Assembly: GCF_009834535.1 (NCBI RefSeq)
Contig: NC_045696.1
Span: 3,412,001-3,476,000, forward strand
Direction of reading: 5' to 3'
Length of the DNA stretch: 64,000 nucleotides
Source of the DNA: Camelus ferus
Taxonomy: Eukaryota
Shown here: positions 50,301 to 58,639 of the stretch, one piece after another
Layout of the letters: each line of letters begins with the position of its first letter
Position numbering within the stretch: position 1 is the first letter of the stretch
Made by a program: the position numbers and the translations under genes
The notes under the pieces: model-generated
What the model saw: only the letters and a program-made list of their open reading frames with translations
Database searches by the model: none
What the model was told of the DNA's origin: nothing

Positions 50301-53300
50301 GCTGCTGACAACCACACTCTGGAAAAGTGCCCACAGGAGCTGGAAGCATCAGCCTCCTGGGAGGACTTGAGGGGTCGCCAGGTAGAAGAGAATCCCTGAG
50401 GGGCTGCAGTCCCAGGGACAAACCTTTGGGGTCCCCCAGGGTCTCTGCAGGATGCTTCACAGCCAGACCTGCTGGGAACACTTCACCAAGGGCGCCTGCG
50501 TCAGCCAAGGATAAGAAGAGAAAGACGAAGTGGCTGAAACACACATGGAACGGCCCCGTGACCACTCTCCTCCTGGGACCCATGCTGCCGGCTCGCTGTC
50601 TGTTCACACTGCTGAGCCTGGACTTGGAGGTCACTCTCAAGGGCATTCTCCTTTCCATGCCGTCCCTGGCTCCCTCTTCACTTCCCAGTCATCCCGATGG
50701 CGATTCCAACGTCTAAAGTCCTGGAGACGTGGCCATGCAGGGACTGGCTTTGGGGGCACAAAGCATAGGCGTGCAGTGCAGCCAGAGAGGCCGTGTGAGT
50801 TATTTGTCTTCAAATCAAAAATATTTCAACCCAGAGGTTTATCTAAATGAGAGGAAAATACAGGCCCCCAGGAAAAACTGACTTTCAAAAATGATTGCCT
50901 GATCACAGCAGAAGGGTTTCGAGTTAAAGTTCGTCTTAATTTGGATGCAGCTGGGAATCTCCCTGCGTCCGTCAGGGCTGGCGGCTTACGGAGAGCAGCC
51001 AGCAGTTCCAACTTGGTACAAAGTCAAAAACCTGCTTCTCCTTCCACACAGTGACACAGGGCGGCCCCGGGCCCGGCAACCCCAGGTGAGTCACAGCTCA
51101 GTGAGACAAGGCGGAGGCTTCTGTCTGAGCCACGGCCCTGAAGGCTCCCTAGGCCTGGGGAATCTGATCTCTAGGATGATTATTCCCACCTCTGACTCCT
51201 TCCTCAGGGTCCTCTCCCCCAAAGGGGCCCTGTCGTCAGCCTGGGAGGAGATGGGAAGTTTGGGGTAGGCTCCTGGTGCAGGGGCATCCTGGGCTTGCCA
51301 CGGAGAAGGGTCTGCGGAGGAGACGGGCCAGGGAGGGAGGAACCAGGGGCATCACTGCAGGTGCCGAGCGTTTACCGAGATGCTCAGATCCGCCCTGAGG
51401 AATCCATCCTGAGTAGCCATTCCAGCTTGTGCACGACTGTGTTTGCGCCATATGATACTCACCGCAGCCTTATTTACAATCGTGAAAAGTTGGAAGCAAC
51501 TAGATGTTAAGTGGAGGGAGATTGCTTAATGCTGACACATCCATGTGAGGTAATGCCTTGTGGCCATTAAATCATGCTGAGAAACACTATTTATTGACAT
51601 GAATCCAGATAAATTGCCAAGTGGTAAAAGTGCACTGCAAACCATCGTGAGCAGGCTGACCGAGCATTTGTAAAGCGTCTGGCCTAAGAGACTAGAAGAA
51701 AATGTTAACGGTGGTTGTTCTTGGTGGCGGGATCGGGGAGGACTTAGCACGCAGTCTCCCTTTGTTCTTTTTGCTCTTTCCAAATTTTCTACATGGCTGG
51801 TGCATTCATTTTTGTAATTGTACTTTAAAAGAGATTTAAATGCGATCTCGTACAACTTACTACATTCCAATGTTGGACTTAAAAAAATGGAAAAAGGCAT
51901 CTAGACCGAAAGAAATAGCACATGTTCTCAGAAGGCCCTTCCCTTGTTAGACAACGGTCGTCGAGTGGGAGGAGGAAGAAGAAAGCAAGGCTGAGGTTTT
52001 GCTGCCACCGAGGATGAGACGTCTGAGCTGAAGCTGCCAAGACACAAGTCTCCCCTTATCCGGTCGACCAGGAGGTCCTGCCCCGAGGACAGAGTGCCTG
52101 CCCCCATCCCGGCCCCCGTCCCATCACGCATCAGAATCCCAGGCTCTTCCCGCGGCTAACAGCTCCAGGCCTCTGCCTCCTTCTGTGCAGAGCCCCCGCA
52201 GGTCTCCGTGGGCCACTTGCAGAGACTTCTCACTTCCTGTTCCAGAAGGCCAGGCTGTCATGAAGCATCTCTGAACCAAGTCTGATCAAACATTCAGGCT
52301 TTGACTGGGGGCCAGGGGGGCGTGGAGAAAGCTGAGCTGCCAGTGTCCCTGGTGTAACTGCTTCTAACCCAGGCACTCTGCAGCTGCCCACGTGGCGTCC
52401 CTGAACACAAAGCCCCGCCAGGGGTCACAGCCCCCACCAGGGGTCTCAGCCCAGCACCCCCAGCCACCGCAGGGCCAGCCAGGACCTTCCTGAGTCCACT
52501 ATGCTCTGTGCCCAACCTCCTTCATCACCATTCCCTTCTCGCCCCCACCCCCTGACAGTCCCCGTCCTCAGATGCCACAGTCTGAATCCGACTGGGATCA
52601 GGGAGACCCAGGCCCAAGTCTGTGGGATCTTGATCAAGTCACCCGCCTCCCCCCGGTCTGTGTCCCTGGCACTCGCTCAAAGCCCCCTTTCCTCTCTCTT
52701 CTCCTTCCTCCTGGGCTCCTGTCTCTCCTGTCCACACCGCCTCTAGAGTGACCCTTCTAAGGCCTGGCGTTGGGGTGGGGACACCCCACCACCCCAACTC
52801 AGCCCCCTCTGCAGGGCCTGGGGGCTTCAGGGTGAGTCCTCCCTCCCTCATTCCCAACGCGCCCCCCACCCAGTCCCCACCCTCCCTACACCTGCCGCAC
52901 CAAGACCTGTGGTTCCCCAGAGCAGACTGCCCACGGGACTCTTTCTAGAACGTTCTGGCCCTCTCCTGCCTGGTGAGTTCCTATTTAAAGGTGCTGACAC
53001 TTTAAACGTGGAGCTGAGTCACCCGAGAGGCTGGTTCCTGGCGGCTGGTTTGTTGGGAGAGAGATGAGCAGCAGGTGCCTCCCTCCTTCTCTCTGGGGGG
53101 ATCTCACTTGTGAGGGCAGCAGGACCGCACCTGCACAGAAAGGTGACCTCGGGGCTCAGCCTCTTCCGGGGGCGCCTCTGGACGTGTGACTTCACCGGCC
53201 CCATGACAGCCGTCAGGTGGGGACAGTGTGGTCTTCGCAGGTGAAGGTGGATGGGGCAGGGCGGACGCCTCATTCTACCTGACACTCCCACCCAAGGGGA

Positions 53301-56300
53301 CCCGAGGCCTCTCCGACAGGAGACCCCGACCCTCAGGTGCAGGGTGCTCCCAGGCCAAGGGCAGCTCCCTTTGTGCACGTGGCCCTCCGAGACAAGGACA
53401 GCAGGGAGGGAACTGCAGTCAGCACAGAAAGGGACGCCTTAGACCCAGCACCTGGACAGGACCACCAGGGGACAGAGCCCCAGTGGGAATTCACCACAGG
53501 CTCCCCCTGCAGACCTGAGGCCAGCTGGCCCCTCCTTGTTTCTATGTGTGGTGGCGGCATTGGTGACAGCGGTGTCATTGTACCACTCCCGGAAGAGGTG
53601 TACCCCTGTGAACTGCTCAACCCTGAGCTGTCTGGTCATCTCTGAGCCTGGTCCTCTGCATGGGGTCAGGGCAAAGTGTCACCATCCTTGTCCTCTGTGA
53701 GATGGCTTTGGAGGACTAAGGGCAGCACGATCAGGACGGCTCGGCGTGCCCAGCCCACGCAGCCTTCTGCAGGGTCCGGCTGACCCAAGGCTCCGCATCC
53801 GGGAGCCCCTGGTGCTAGGGAGCTGCCCCCCCGGGGTGCAGCACCCACGCCCTAGCCCGCAGCTGTCCCGGGGCCCCTCCCTGCACCCCCTGAGCCGGTG
53901 CTTTCTGGAGTCTGAAGGCAGCAGCCCTCACGTCTCAGAGTGTCACCCCCGACACCCCACGAAGCCACACCCTTCTCACTTCGCCTACACCATGGGGGTG
54001 GGGGCTGACTGTTCAGAGACTCATCTTAGCTCTAGTATTGACTCAGATTTAACAATCACCACCTCCCACACACATTCACACACACATGCCTGCATCCTTT
54101 CCCCTGGAAGAAGTCTTCTGGAAAGTTCCCTTTGTGTCAGGGACTGAGCCCTGAACCCCCTCCCAGCTCAGTCCACTTGGCCTCAGACACTGTCCGGCAG
54201 AGCCGCACTGGTGCTGGTAGCCACCCCGGGCATCTTCTGAACCACACTGAGGAAGTAAGGGGGCTTGGGGGCTTGGGGTCTTCTGGGCCGTGGAGGGGGG
54301 CACGGAGGGCACCCTTTCCAACTCTTCTACAGACTGGAGCTCAGACCAGGATTTCATAGCTTTTTGAATAAAAGCGCTGGCTGTCAGTATAGCAGAGATG
54401 ACAATGCTGGTTCCCAAACTCAGCTGCAGGTTACAACTGCTTGCAGAGCCTAAAAAACCTGTCCCCAAGCTCTGCCCCAGACCAAGTCCATCCCAGCCTC
54501 CGAGAGGGGACCCAGGGATCAGAGTTTTGAAAGCTGCCCTGGGTACACTGTCACTGTGGAGTCAGGTCCGAGAGCCACCGCCCATCACAGAGGTTCTTAG
54601 AGTGTGGCCTCGGGCGGCGGCATCAGCACAACCTGGGGCCCTGTCCTCCACCCCTGACCCCCTGGATCTGAAATCTGGGTGGGGCCAGTCACCTGTGCTT
54701 GGACCAGGCCTCTGGATGGCCCTGGTGCACACACAAGGCTGAAACTAGGGTTCCAGAAGGATCTGCTGGTTCTGGGCTAAGGGATGTGGACAGAGACAGA
54801 GACCATCCCGAGAGTGGGCGGGGCCCGGGGGGGGGCGCCGCCCCTGGACTCACGCAGGACGCAGTAGAGGCCCAGCTGCTCGTAGCCCTCGCAGCAGTCG
54901 GTCACATTCCTCCACTCGGGAACCTCCACCGCCTGGAAGCGGGTCCTGTAGACCGTCTTGGGGCAGCGCCGCCAGGGGACCCAGCGGCCGCAGGGCACGT
55001 GGGTCAGGAGGGACGTCTGCACAGCCTCCACGCTCGGCACGCTCCGGGCCACACTCTGGTTGCATAGCTGGTAACTCAGCAAAGAGAGGACCTTTTTCTA
55101 CCGGAGGAGGTGGAGGGGGTTGATGGAGGAAACAAGAAGTGGAAAATGGCACAGTCAAATCCATCCGAGGGGCTCTCTGTCAGAGCCGGTGAGACAGGAC
55201 CCCCAGCGTGGCGGACCCTCGGAATCTGCCTCCCAGCCCAGACCCGAGAAGGAGACGCCAAAGAGCGGACTTGAAGGACTAAAGCAGGAGCGGGCCCCCG
55301 TGGGCCGAGAAAACCTCCTCTACAGGGCGGGGGACACCGCCCCCGCCTGGCCCCTGCCCAGGGGCCTGCCATGACACGGAAGGGAACACGGAGGAACCGA
55401 GCATCTGGGGCTGCCGTCCGAGGTTCTGTGCTCTCTGACTCCACGGGCTGGGGATCCTTGTGCGCACCTTTTCTCTGCTTGAGCCCCAGGGTCGTCCCAG
55501 GTGAGCTGAACACACACTATTCCCGTAATGAATGCATGACATGCTGGGCACGCTGGCACTGGCACCCTCTTTTGGAACGAGACACAAGGTGGATGATCAT
55601 GTCCAGCCCATGTGAGAAGTTCATAGGTGGGAAAGGTCAGTCCACCATCACTCACCAGCAGCAGGACGACATGAGCTGGCCTGATCCGGCCCTCTGCGTC
55701 TCCCACCTGGAGCCTGGTTCCTGTGCACAGACACCTGTGGCCATTCATTAGCACTGTCACTTGGTTCTCAAGGCCCCATGGCACACACTGCCTTCACCAG
55801 CCCTACGCCCCTTTGTCATGGACCATCTCCCACGGGGTCCTCAGGTGTCCCATCTGCCCAAGGAGCCTCTGTGGCCTCCTGAAACAGGGACTGTTATGGG
55901 CTGAAATGTGTCCCACCCCTCATTCATGTCCTGAATCCCAGGACCTCAGCGTGTGACTGTATTTGGAAACAGGGCCTTTGCAGATATAATTAGTTTAGCT
56001 GAAGGGATACTGGAGGAGGGTGGCCCTGGTCCAATATGACTGGTGTCCTTATAAAAGGAGACATTTAGACCCGGAGACAGGAATGCACCCAGACGGCCAC
56101 GCTAAGATGGAGGCAGAAATTAGGGAGATGCTTCTATAAGTCAAGGAGTGACAAAGATTTTCAGCAAACCCCCAGAAGTTGGAGGAGAGCCTGGGACAGA
56201 TTCTCCATCACAGCCTCAGGAGTAGCCAACCCTGCCCGCACCTTGACCTCAGACTTCTGGTCTCCAGACTGTGAAGAAATAAATCCCTTCCTGTTAATCC

Positions 56301-58638
56301 CCCAGCCTGTGGTGCTTGCCCAGCGGCCCCGGGGAACTGACACGGGAGCCAAGGGTGCCCCCACCTCCACAGCCAGCACGGGGCCCACCGCAGCGTGGGA
56401 CCTCCGTGTGGGATGGATGAACGGCTTGAATATCTTTGCAGTTTCAGATACTCAGCCTCGAGCCCTAAGCTTCCCGACACTGTGCAGCCGTTGGGTGGGT
56501 GCCCACAGAGGAGTGCACTTCCCTCAGGGCAGAGCTGGGTTTCTTGAGAGGAGCTCAAAGATGGCAGAAGAAATAATCTTCACCCTCAACCCCAGGACAG
56601 CACCAGAAGTTTCCCTCCTATGGCCTCATAGTCACCCACAAGCACACAGAAAGCAAGACGTGGGGGCTGGTGACCCCGGGAGGAAGCGGGGCTGATCCAG
56701 CCCTCCAGCCGGGCTGGTGGGAGAGCAGCCCACTCCCCAGCCACGTGGTGGCCTCCCCTGCAGTGTCAGGGCCTTGGGGGTGCACACAGCCTGTGCTCAC
56801 CACAGGTGGGTTCCAGTAGGCTTCGGGGTCGGGAGGCCCCTCGCCGTGTGGGGTGGGGCAGGAGAGGCAGCGTCCGAGGCCAGAACTTAGAGGTGACTGG
56901 GATGGGACGTGGGGCCTGCAGAAAATGACCACCGTGAACATGGTCACTGGGTTGATGGACGGGGCCAAACAAGGCAATACCTCCTGCACAGAGAGGTCGG
57001 CGAGGCAGATTTAGATGTTGTTTTTCATCTTCACGCAAGACCAGATGACAACAGTAATGAAGGTTACACTTCTCTGCCTCTAGAGAGCCTCTGGGCTCCG
57101 CCTGCTCACGACAAGGTCCCAGCTGATCATCAGCAGAGCCTTACACACACACAAACACACACACACACACACACACACCCCTCCTTCCAAGGAAACTGCA
57201 CTTGGATCTACTTGTTTTGTTTTTTACCTTCTACTGGAAGCCACTGGGTCCTCTGAGGGCCTGGCTTCTTGGCAGAGCCCGGAATAAAAACCTTTCAGCA
57301 GACCCTGCCGTTCAACAAATTCTTTCAGGAGCTCTCAGCACAGGAGTCAGGGGCCCAGGGTTCTGGTCCCAGAGGCTGGAAATCTTAATGCCCCAGCAGG
57401 TCCTGGGGTCAGAACACCTGCATTCACACCAGCTTTGCAAATACCAGCCATGTGATTCTGAGTACTTTCGTGCCCTCTCGGTGCCCCAGTCTTGTCACTT
57501 GTAAAATCACCGCTACGCCCGGGGTTTTAGAAGGATTCAGTGAAATCCTGCCTGGGGCCGGCGGGCCGGCTCATGGGAGCCGACAACCGAGTGGCCCCAA
57601 CGGACCCCCAAGTGGCGCTGCCGTGTCCTCACCGTTGCACGAACTTCCTCCCGAGAGTTCCCCGCTTCCAGACTTTCCCCTTTGCTCTGCCACTGAGCTG
57701 TAGGGTTTACACATTATTCATATTCCAAAGGAAAAATCAAGTTGAAAAAAATCACAATTAATTTTAAAAAATCACAAAATCCTATTTATGGGTGAAAAAA
57801 AAAAGTTAAACTAGGACAAAATTGAAGTTGCTTGCAGGCACAGAATGGATCTGTTTGAATTTCCAACTGCAGAAGTCAGATTTCAAGAGGAAAATGATTT
57901 AAAAGATTTGTAACCTCAATGCTCAGAAATCTGGTGCTTCAGAAATCTGATGTGTTTTTAGCAGCTGACACGTGCCTCTCAAAGGCCTTGGACGTGTACT
58001 GGCCCCCTCTGCCCCCGTGGAAATGTGAGGAAGCAGGGCTGGGCGTGAGAGCCCACTTCGGGATTCCACCTCCCGGGCAGGCGAAAGGCAGACTTAGCCA
58101 GGGTCAACGGCAGGGGCCGCCCCGGTGGAATCTGCCCTCTGCCAGCCGTGCGGCCTTGGGCGAGTCCCTGACCACTCTGGGCCTCCCTCCGCTTATCTGG
58201 AAGCTGGAGAGTAATACGCCAAGGCTGCAGAGACCTCGACTCTGAGTCTCCAGGAATTCACCACTCTCTGCACGGCCCGAGGCCTGCAGCATCTGCAACA
58301 CCAGCAGAAATGCAGAGTCCTAGGCCACCCGAGCCCTGCTGACTCAGGATCTGCATTCGCACCCCACCGACCCCCAGGGGATTCGGAGACGGTCCCACCA
58401 CCTCTTTGCTGGATACGAGCAAGTTTGGCCCAGACCCTGGCTCTCAAAGCAGATGCATCTTTGCCAGCCCAGCTCTCGGCAGGGCCTCTGTCCCCAGGAG
58501 ACCCGCTCCCCGGGAGCCCCTCGCTCCTCCAGCATCCCACACCCTGAGCCCAGACTCCTTACCTGTGAAGCCGCTGGCCAGGGTGGGGCCCACGGCGCTG
58601 ACCACGGCCAGCAGGGCCAGCCCGAGGGTCCTGAGCAT
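2993..58638 (-). CDS. UMODL1: Uromodulin-like 1 (olfactorin), 21 coding exons, ~1362 aa after removing four apparent +1 insertions
   Basis: Manual exon tracing. Domain order SP-EMI-WAP-EGF-FN3-SEA-EGF-mucin-FN3-SEA-EGF-ZP-TM and peptides such as [31 protein letters not shown] and NFSYQVF match UMODL1 as I recall it. All introns GT-AG. Exon sum 4093 nt; minus 4 = 4089 = 1363 codons including stop. Confidence 0.97.
3620..4065 (+). mobile_element. Old L1 (L1MB/MC-like) 3' fragment
   Basis: ggagatgaaaaagttctg...tgcacaacactgtgaatgtgcta...ttttatctcaa, typical of old L1 3' UTRs. Confidence 0.6.
4617..4701 (-). CDS. UMODL1: UMODL1 exon 20, post-ZP cleavage region and external hydrophobic patch
   Basis: [31 protein letters not shown] acceptor, AAG|GTGAGT donor; 85 nt. 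Confidence 0.92.
5112..5480 (+). mobile_element. MaLR LTR (MLT1-type)
   Basis: gtgacctt..tggaaacagggactttgc..ttgacctcagacttccggcctccagagctg..gtacttcgctacggccgccc. Confidence 0.65.
6379..6538 (-). CDS. UMODL1: UMODL1 exon 19, ZP-C
   Basis: [53 protein letters not shown] (ZP signature VYLHC); 160 nt. Confidence 0.95.
6815..7051 (-). CDS. UMODL1: UMODL1 exon 18, ZP-C
   Basis: [33 protein letters not shown]...[24 protein letters not shown]; 237 nt, phase 2-2. Confidence 0.95.
7563..7708 (-). CDS. UMODL1: UMODL1 exon 17, ZP-N
   Basis: [48 protein letters not shown]; donor GG|GTGAGT; 146 nt, phase 0-2. Confidence 0.92.
8018..8712 (+). mobile_element. 5'-truncated young L1 with poly(A) and 16-bp TSD
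   Basis: L1 ORF2 end and 3' UTR (ccatatgatccagcaatcccactcctgggc, gcagcaacatggatggacctagag), A-tail; AAAGAAATCAAGAGTT at 8002-8017 and 8713-8728. Confidence 0.88.
10082..12406 (+). mobile_element. 5'-truncated L1 (RT-to-3' UTR, L1MA-like) with flanking direct repeats
   Basis: Degenerate RT peptide [27 protein letters not shown] and [10 protein letters not shown]; 23-bp direct repeat with 1 mismatch at 10059-10081 and 12407-12429. Confidence 0.88.
11505..11546. repeat. (TG)21 microsatellite within L1
   Basis: Direct reading. Confidence 0.95.
15486..15787 (-). CDS. UMODL1: UMODL1 exon 16, linker and start of ZP-N
   Basis: GDPSGN...[37 protein letters not shown]...[10 protein letters not shown]; donor AGC|GTGAGG; 302 nt. 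Confidence 0.93.
16479..16512. repeat. (CA)17 microsatellite
   Basis: Direct reading. Confidence 0.95.
16641..16778 (-). CDS. UMODL1: UMODL1 exon 15, calcium-binding EGF domain 3
   Basis: Manually translated [46 protein letters not shown]; donor AAG|GTAAGA; 138 nt. Confidence 0.94.
18130..18507 (+). mobile_element. MaLR LTR (MLT1A-like)
   Basis: gactgaatcatgtccc..gttaaatgaggtcataagg..gtccttataagaagag..tcagtccatggtattttgttgcaacagc..gctgactaataca. Confidence 0.7.
18906..19120 (-). CDS. UMODL1: UMODL1 exon 14, SEA domain 2 C-half (contains +1 insertion at 19005-19006)
   Basis: [38 protein letters not shown], then a frame change to (I/V)[32 protein letters not shown]; 215 nt where phase 0-1 needs 214. 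Confidence 0.92.
20547..20565 (+). promoter_or_regulatory. CTCF-binding motif in intron 13
   Basis: CCGCCAGTAGGTGGCGCTG matches the core consensus CCASYAGRKGGCRS at every position. Confidence 0.65.
20800..21570 (+). mobile_element. Old L1 3' fragment interrupted by a younger L1 3' end (21256-21534)
   Basis: L1MB-like UTR; nested piece flanked by AAGTGTGAGTTTTC at 21242-21255 and 21535-21548. Confidence 0.75.
21896..22008 (-). CDS. UMODL1: UMODL1 exon 13, SEA domain 2 N-half
   Basis: [38 protein letters not shown]; donor GCG|GTACGT; 113 nt. Confidence 0.93.
23667..23924 (-). CDS. UMODL1: UMODL1 exon 12, fibronectin type III domain 2
   Basis: [22 protein letters not shown]...[17 protein letters not shown]...LRVRT; donor CAG|GTAATG; 258 nt. 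Confidence 0.94.
25054..25650 (-). CDS. UMODL1: UMODL1 exon 11, Pro/Thr/Ser/Gly-rich mucin-like region
   Basis: Open frame [11 protein letters not shown]...SPKIPAC between CAG acceptor and G|GTGAGT donor; 597 nt, phase 1-1. Confidence 0.85.
26725..26862 (-). CDS. UMODL1: UMODL1 exon 10, calcium-binding EGF domain 2
   Basis: [30 protein letters not shown]...ACE; 138 nt, phase 1-1. Confidence 0.94.
29690..30125 (-). mobile_element. MaLR LTR (MLT1-type)
   Basis: gctgccatgacaaa..ggcttaaagcaacagaa..ttccagcttctggtggc..ggatttagggcccaccc..tgcaaagacc. Confidence 0.7.
31234..31453 (-). CDS. UMODL1: UMODL1 exon 9, SEA domain 1 C-half
   Basis: [34 protein letters not shown]...GTRVQ; donor AAG|GTGGGT; 220 nt. 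Confidence 0.94.
32040..32430 (+). mobile_element. Probable ERV-type solo LTR remnant
   Basis: aagtcctttgtctctgacccagg..tcatgtcctctgccagcatccatga resembles ERVL LTR R/U5; family uncertain. Confidence 0.4.
32885..32997 (-). CDS. UMODL1: UMODL1 exon 8, SEA domain 1 N-half
   Basis: [38 protein letters not shown]; donor GAG|GTAAAG; 113 nt. Confidence 0.94.
33130..33780 (+). mobile_element. L1 ORF2 endonuclease-region fragment
   Basis: Peptide [32 protein letters not shown] resembles the L1 EN C-terminal motif; A-rich + strand. Confidence 0.85.
34137..34247. mobile_element. Short hAT-type DNA transposon (MER81-like)
   Basis: Terminal inverted repeats gggtaaccaa / ttggtcaccc around ~110 bp. Confidence 0.6.
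34378..34632 (-). CDS. UMODL1: UMODL1 exon 7, fibronectin type III domain 1
   Basis: [22 protein letters not shown]...[14 protein letters not shown]...LTVKT; donor CCG|GTAAGG; 255 nt. Confidence 0.94.
34870..35305 (+). mobile_element. L1 ORF2 C-terminal fragment
   Basis: aaaatgggcaaatgatctgaatagac; peptide [26 protein letters not shown]. Confidence 0.85.
35330..35690 (+). mobile_element. MaLR LTR (MLT1-type)
   Basis: gtcctaacccccagtacttcagaa..gactgtatttggag..gagaagatggccgtct..ctgccagcaccttgatc. Confidence 0.7.
36065..36240 (-). mobile_element. Short L1 3' end, sense to the gene
   Basis: Reverse-complement of L1 3' UTR words (tctggtgtacagca, acaagatattgaata, gttccctgt..ctatacagtag). Confidence 0.6.
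38145..38670 (+). mobile_element. MaLR LTR (MLT1D-like) containing (CA)n at ~38343-38374
   Basis: ctaatccctggaacttgt..ccttatttggaaaaagcatctttgcaagtgtgattaag..ggattatccagggtggccc..acagcagccccaggaa. Confidence 0.7.
40870..41232 (+). mobile_element. ERV1-like solo LTR remnant
   Basis: cctcaccatcaaccagtcagagaactgtgca..tttaaa (TATA-like)..tttgagcat..aatacacactgcactttccttcacc; family not named. Confidence 0.5.
41410..41632 (-). mobile_element. MaLR LTR fragment
   Basis: ataaggccctgtgatgac..atccaggataatctcttcatctcaaggtcctt..catctgcaaagtc. Confidence 0.6.
42890..43170 (+). mobile_element. Young L1 3' end
   Basis: catagaaaacaaacttatg..gggataaactgggagttcgagatttgcag..tgtatagcacagggaact..atacttcaataaaaa. 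Confidence 0.8.
43430..44025 (+). mobile_element. Young L1 ORF2-end/3' UTR fragment
   Basis: gatccagcaatcccactcc..ccaatgttcatagcagcact..atgccatttgcagcaacatg; ends ~90 bp from the exon 6 donor. Confidence 0.85.
44113..44253 (-). CDS. UMODL1: UMODL1 exon 6, calcium-binding EGF domain 1
   Basis: [30 protein letters not shown]...TCE; TAG acceptor, AAG|GTGAGA donor; 141 nt. Confidence 0.94.
45290..45400. mobile_element. MER58-like DNA transposon fragment
   Basis: aaaacattcactgtctggcctttttcagaaagtccgcagacccctg resembles the MER58 terminus. Confidence 0.45.
45861..46049 (-). CDS. UMODL1: UMODL1 exon 5 (contains two +1 insertions near 46040 and 45931)
   Basis: Acceptor TTTCACAG, donor AAG|GTGGGT. 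Corrected reading [62 protein letters not shown] uses three frames; 189 nt where phase 0-1 needs 3n+1 (187). Confidence 0.9.
46255..46480 (+). mobile_element. MaLR LTR 5' fragment
   Basis: ttacggactgaatggcgtcccc..aacctcagaatgtgccct..gtaattagttaagatgag. Confidence 0.6.
47080..47295. mobile_element. MIR SINE
   Basis: ggcacagagaggttaagtaacttgctcaaggtcacacagctg..ggatttgaa (MIR core). Confidence 0.75.
47720..47912. mobile_element. MER20-like DNA transposon
   Basis: ttctggttgccac..agaggccaggcatgctgc..acaggcagcccc..atccagccccaaacgtcagtggtgccgaggtgg. Confidence 0.6.
48310..48431 (-). CDS. UMODL1: UMODL1 exon 4
   Basis: [44 protein letters not shown] acceptor, ATG|GTAGGT donor; 122 nt, phase 1-0. 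Confidence 0.92.
48498..48760. repeat. AT-rich degenerate purine/pyrimidine (TA/CA) low-complexity tract
   Basis: Abrupt drop in GC, with repeated tacact/tatatt/gtaca words immediately upstream of exon 4. Confidence 0.6.
49218..49379 (-). CDS. UMODL1: UMODL1 exon 3, WAP-like domain
   Basis: Not in the ORF track in this frame. Translates [57 protein letters not shown] acceptor, GAG|GTGGGG donor; 162 nt. Confidence 0.92.
51370..51825 (+). mobile_element. Very old L1 3' fragment
   Basis: gcagccttatttacaat..aagttggaagcaact..aaatgttaacggtggttg..ttttccaaattttctaca. Confidence 0.45.
54854..55097 (-). CDS. UMODL1: UMODL1 exon 2, EMI domain (contains +1 insertion near 55089-55090)
   Basis: Acceptor TAG|AAAAAGG, donor C|GTGAGT; LSYQLC...[11 protein letters not shown]...[15 protein letters not shown]; 244 nt where phase 1-1 needs 3n (243). 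Confidence 0.92.
55891..56345 (+). mobile_element. MaLR LTR (MLT1C-like)
   Basis: tgttatgggctgaa..tgtgactgtatttggaaacagggcctttgcagat..accttgacctcagacttctggtctccagactgtga. Confidence 0.75.
57143..57178. repeat. Interrupted (AC)n microsatellite
   Basis: Direct reading. Confidence 0.9.
58563..58638 (-). CDS. UMODL1: UMODL1 coding exon 1, signal peptide [25 protein letters not shown]
   Basis: ATG in GCCATG context, hydrophobic leader, donor CAG|GTAAGG; 76 nt, phase 1. Confidence 0.93.
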
Positions 58639-58639
58639 G

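Noticed and set aside
55091..55093. Alternative AG acceptor that might rescue the exon 2 frameshift
   Set aside because: It lies 6 nt downstream, so the phase error is unchanged.
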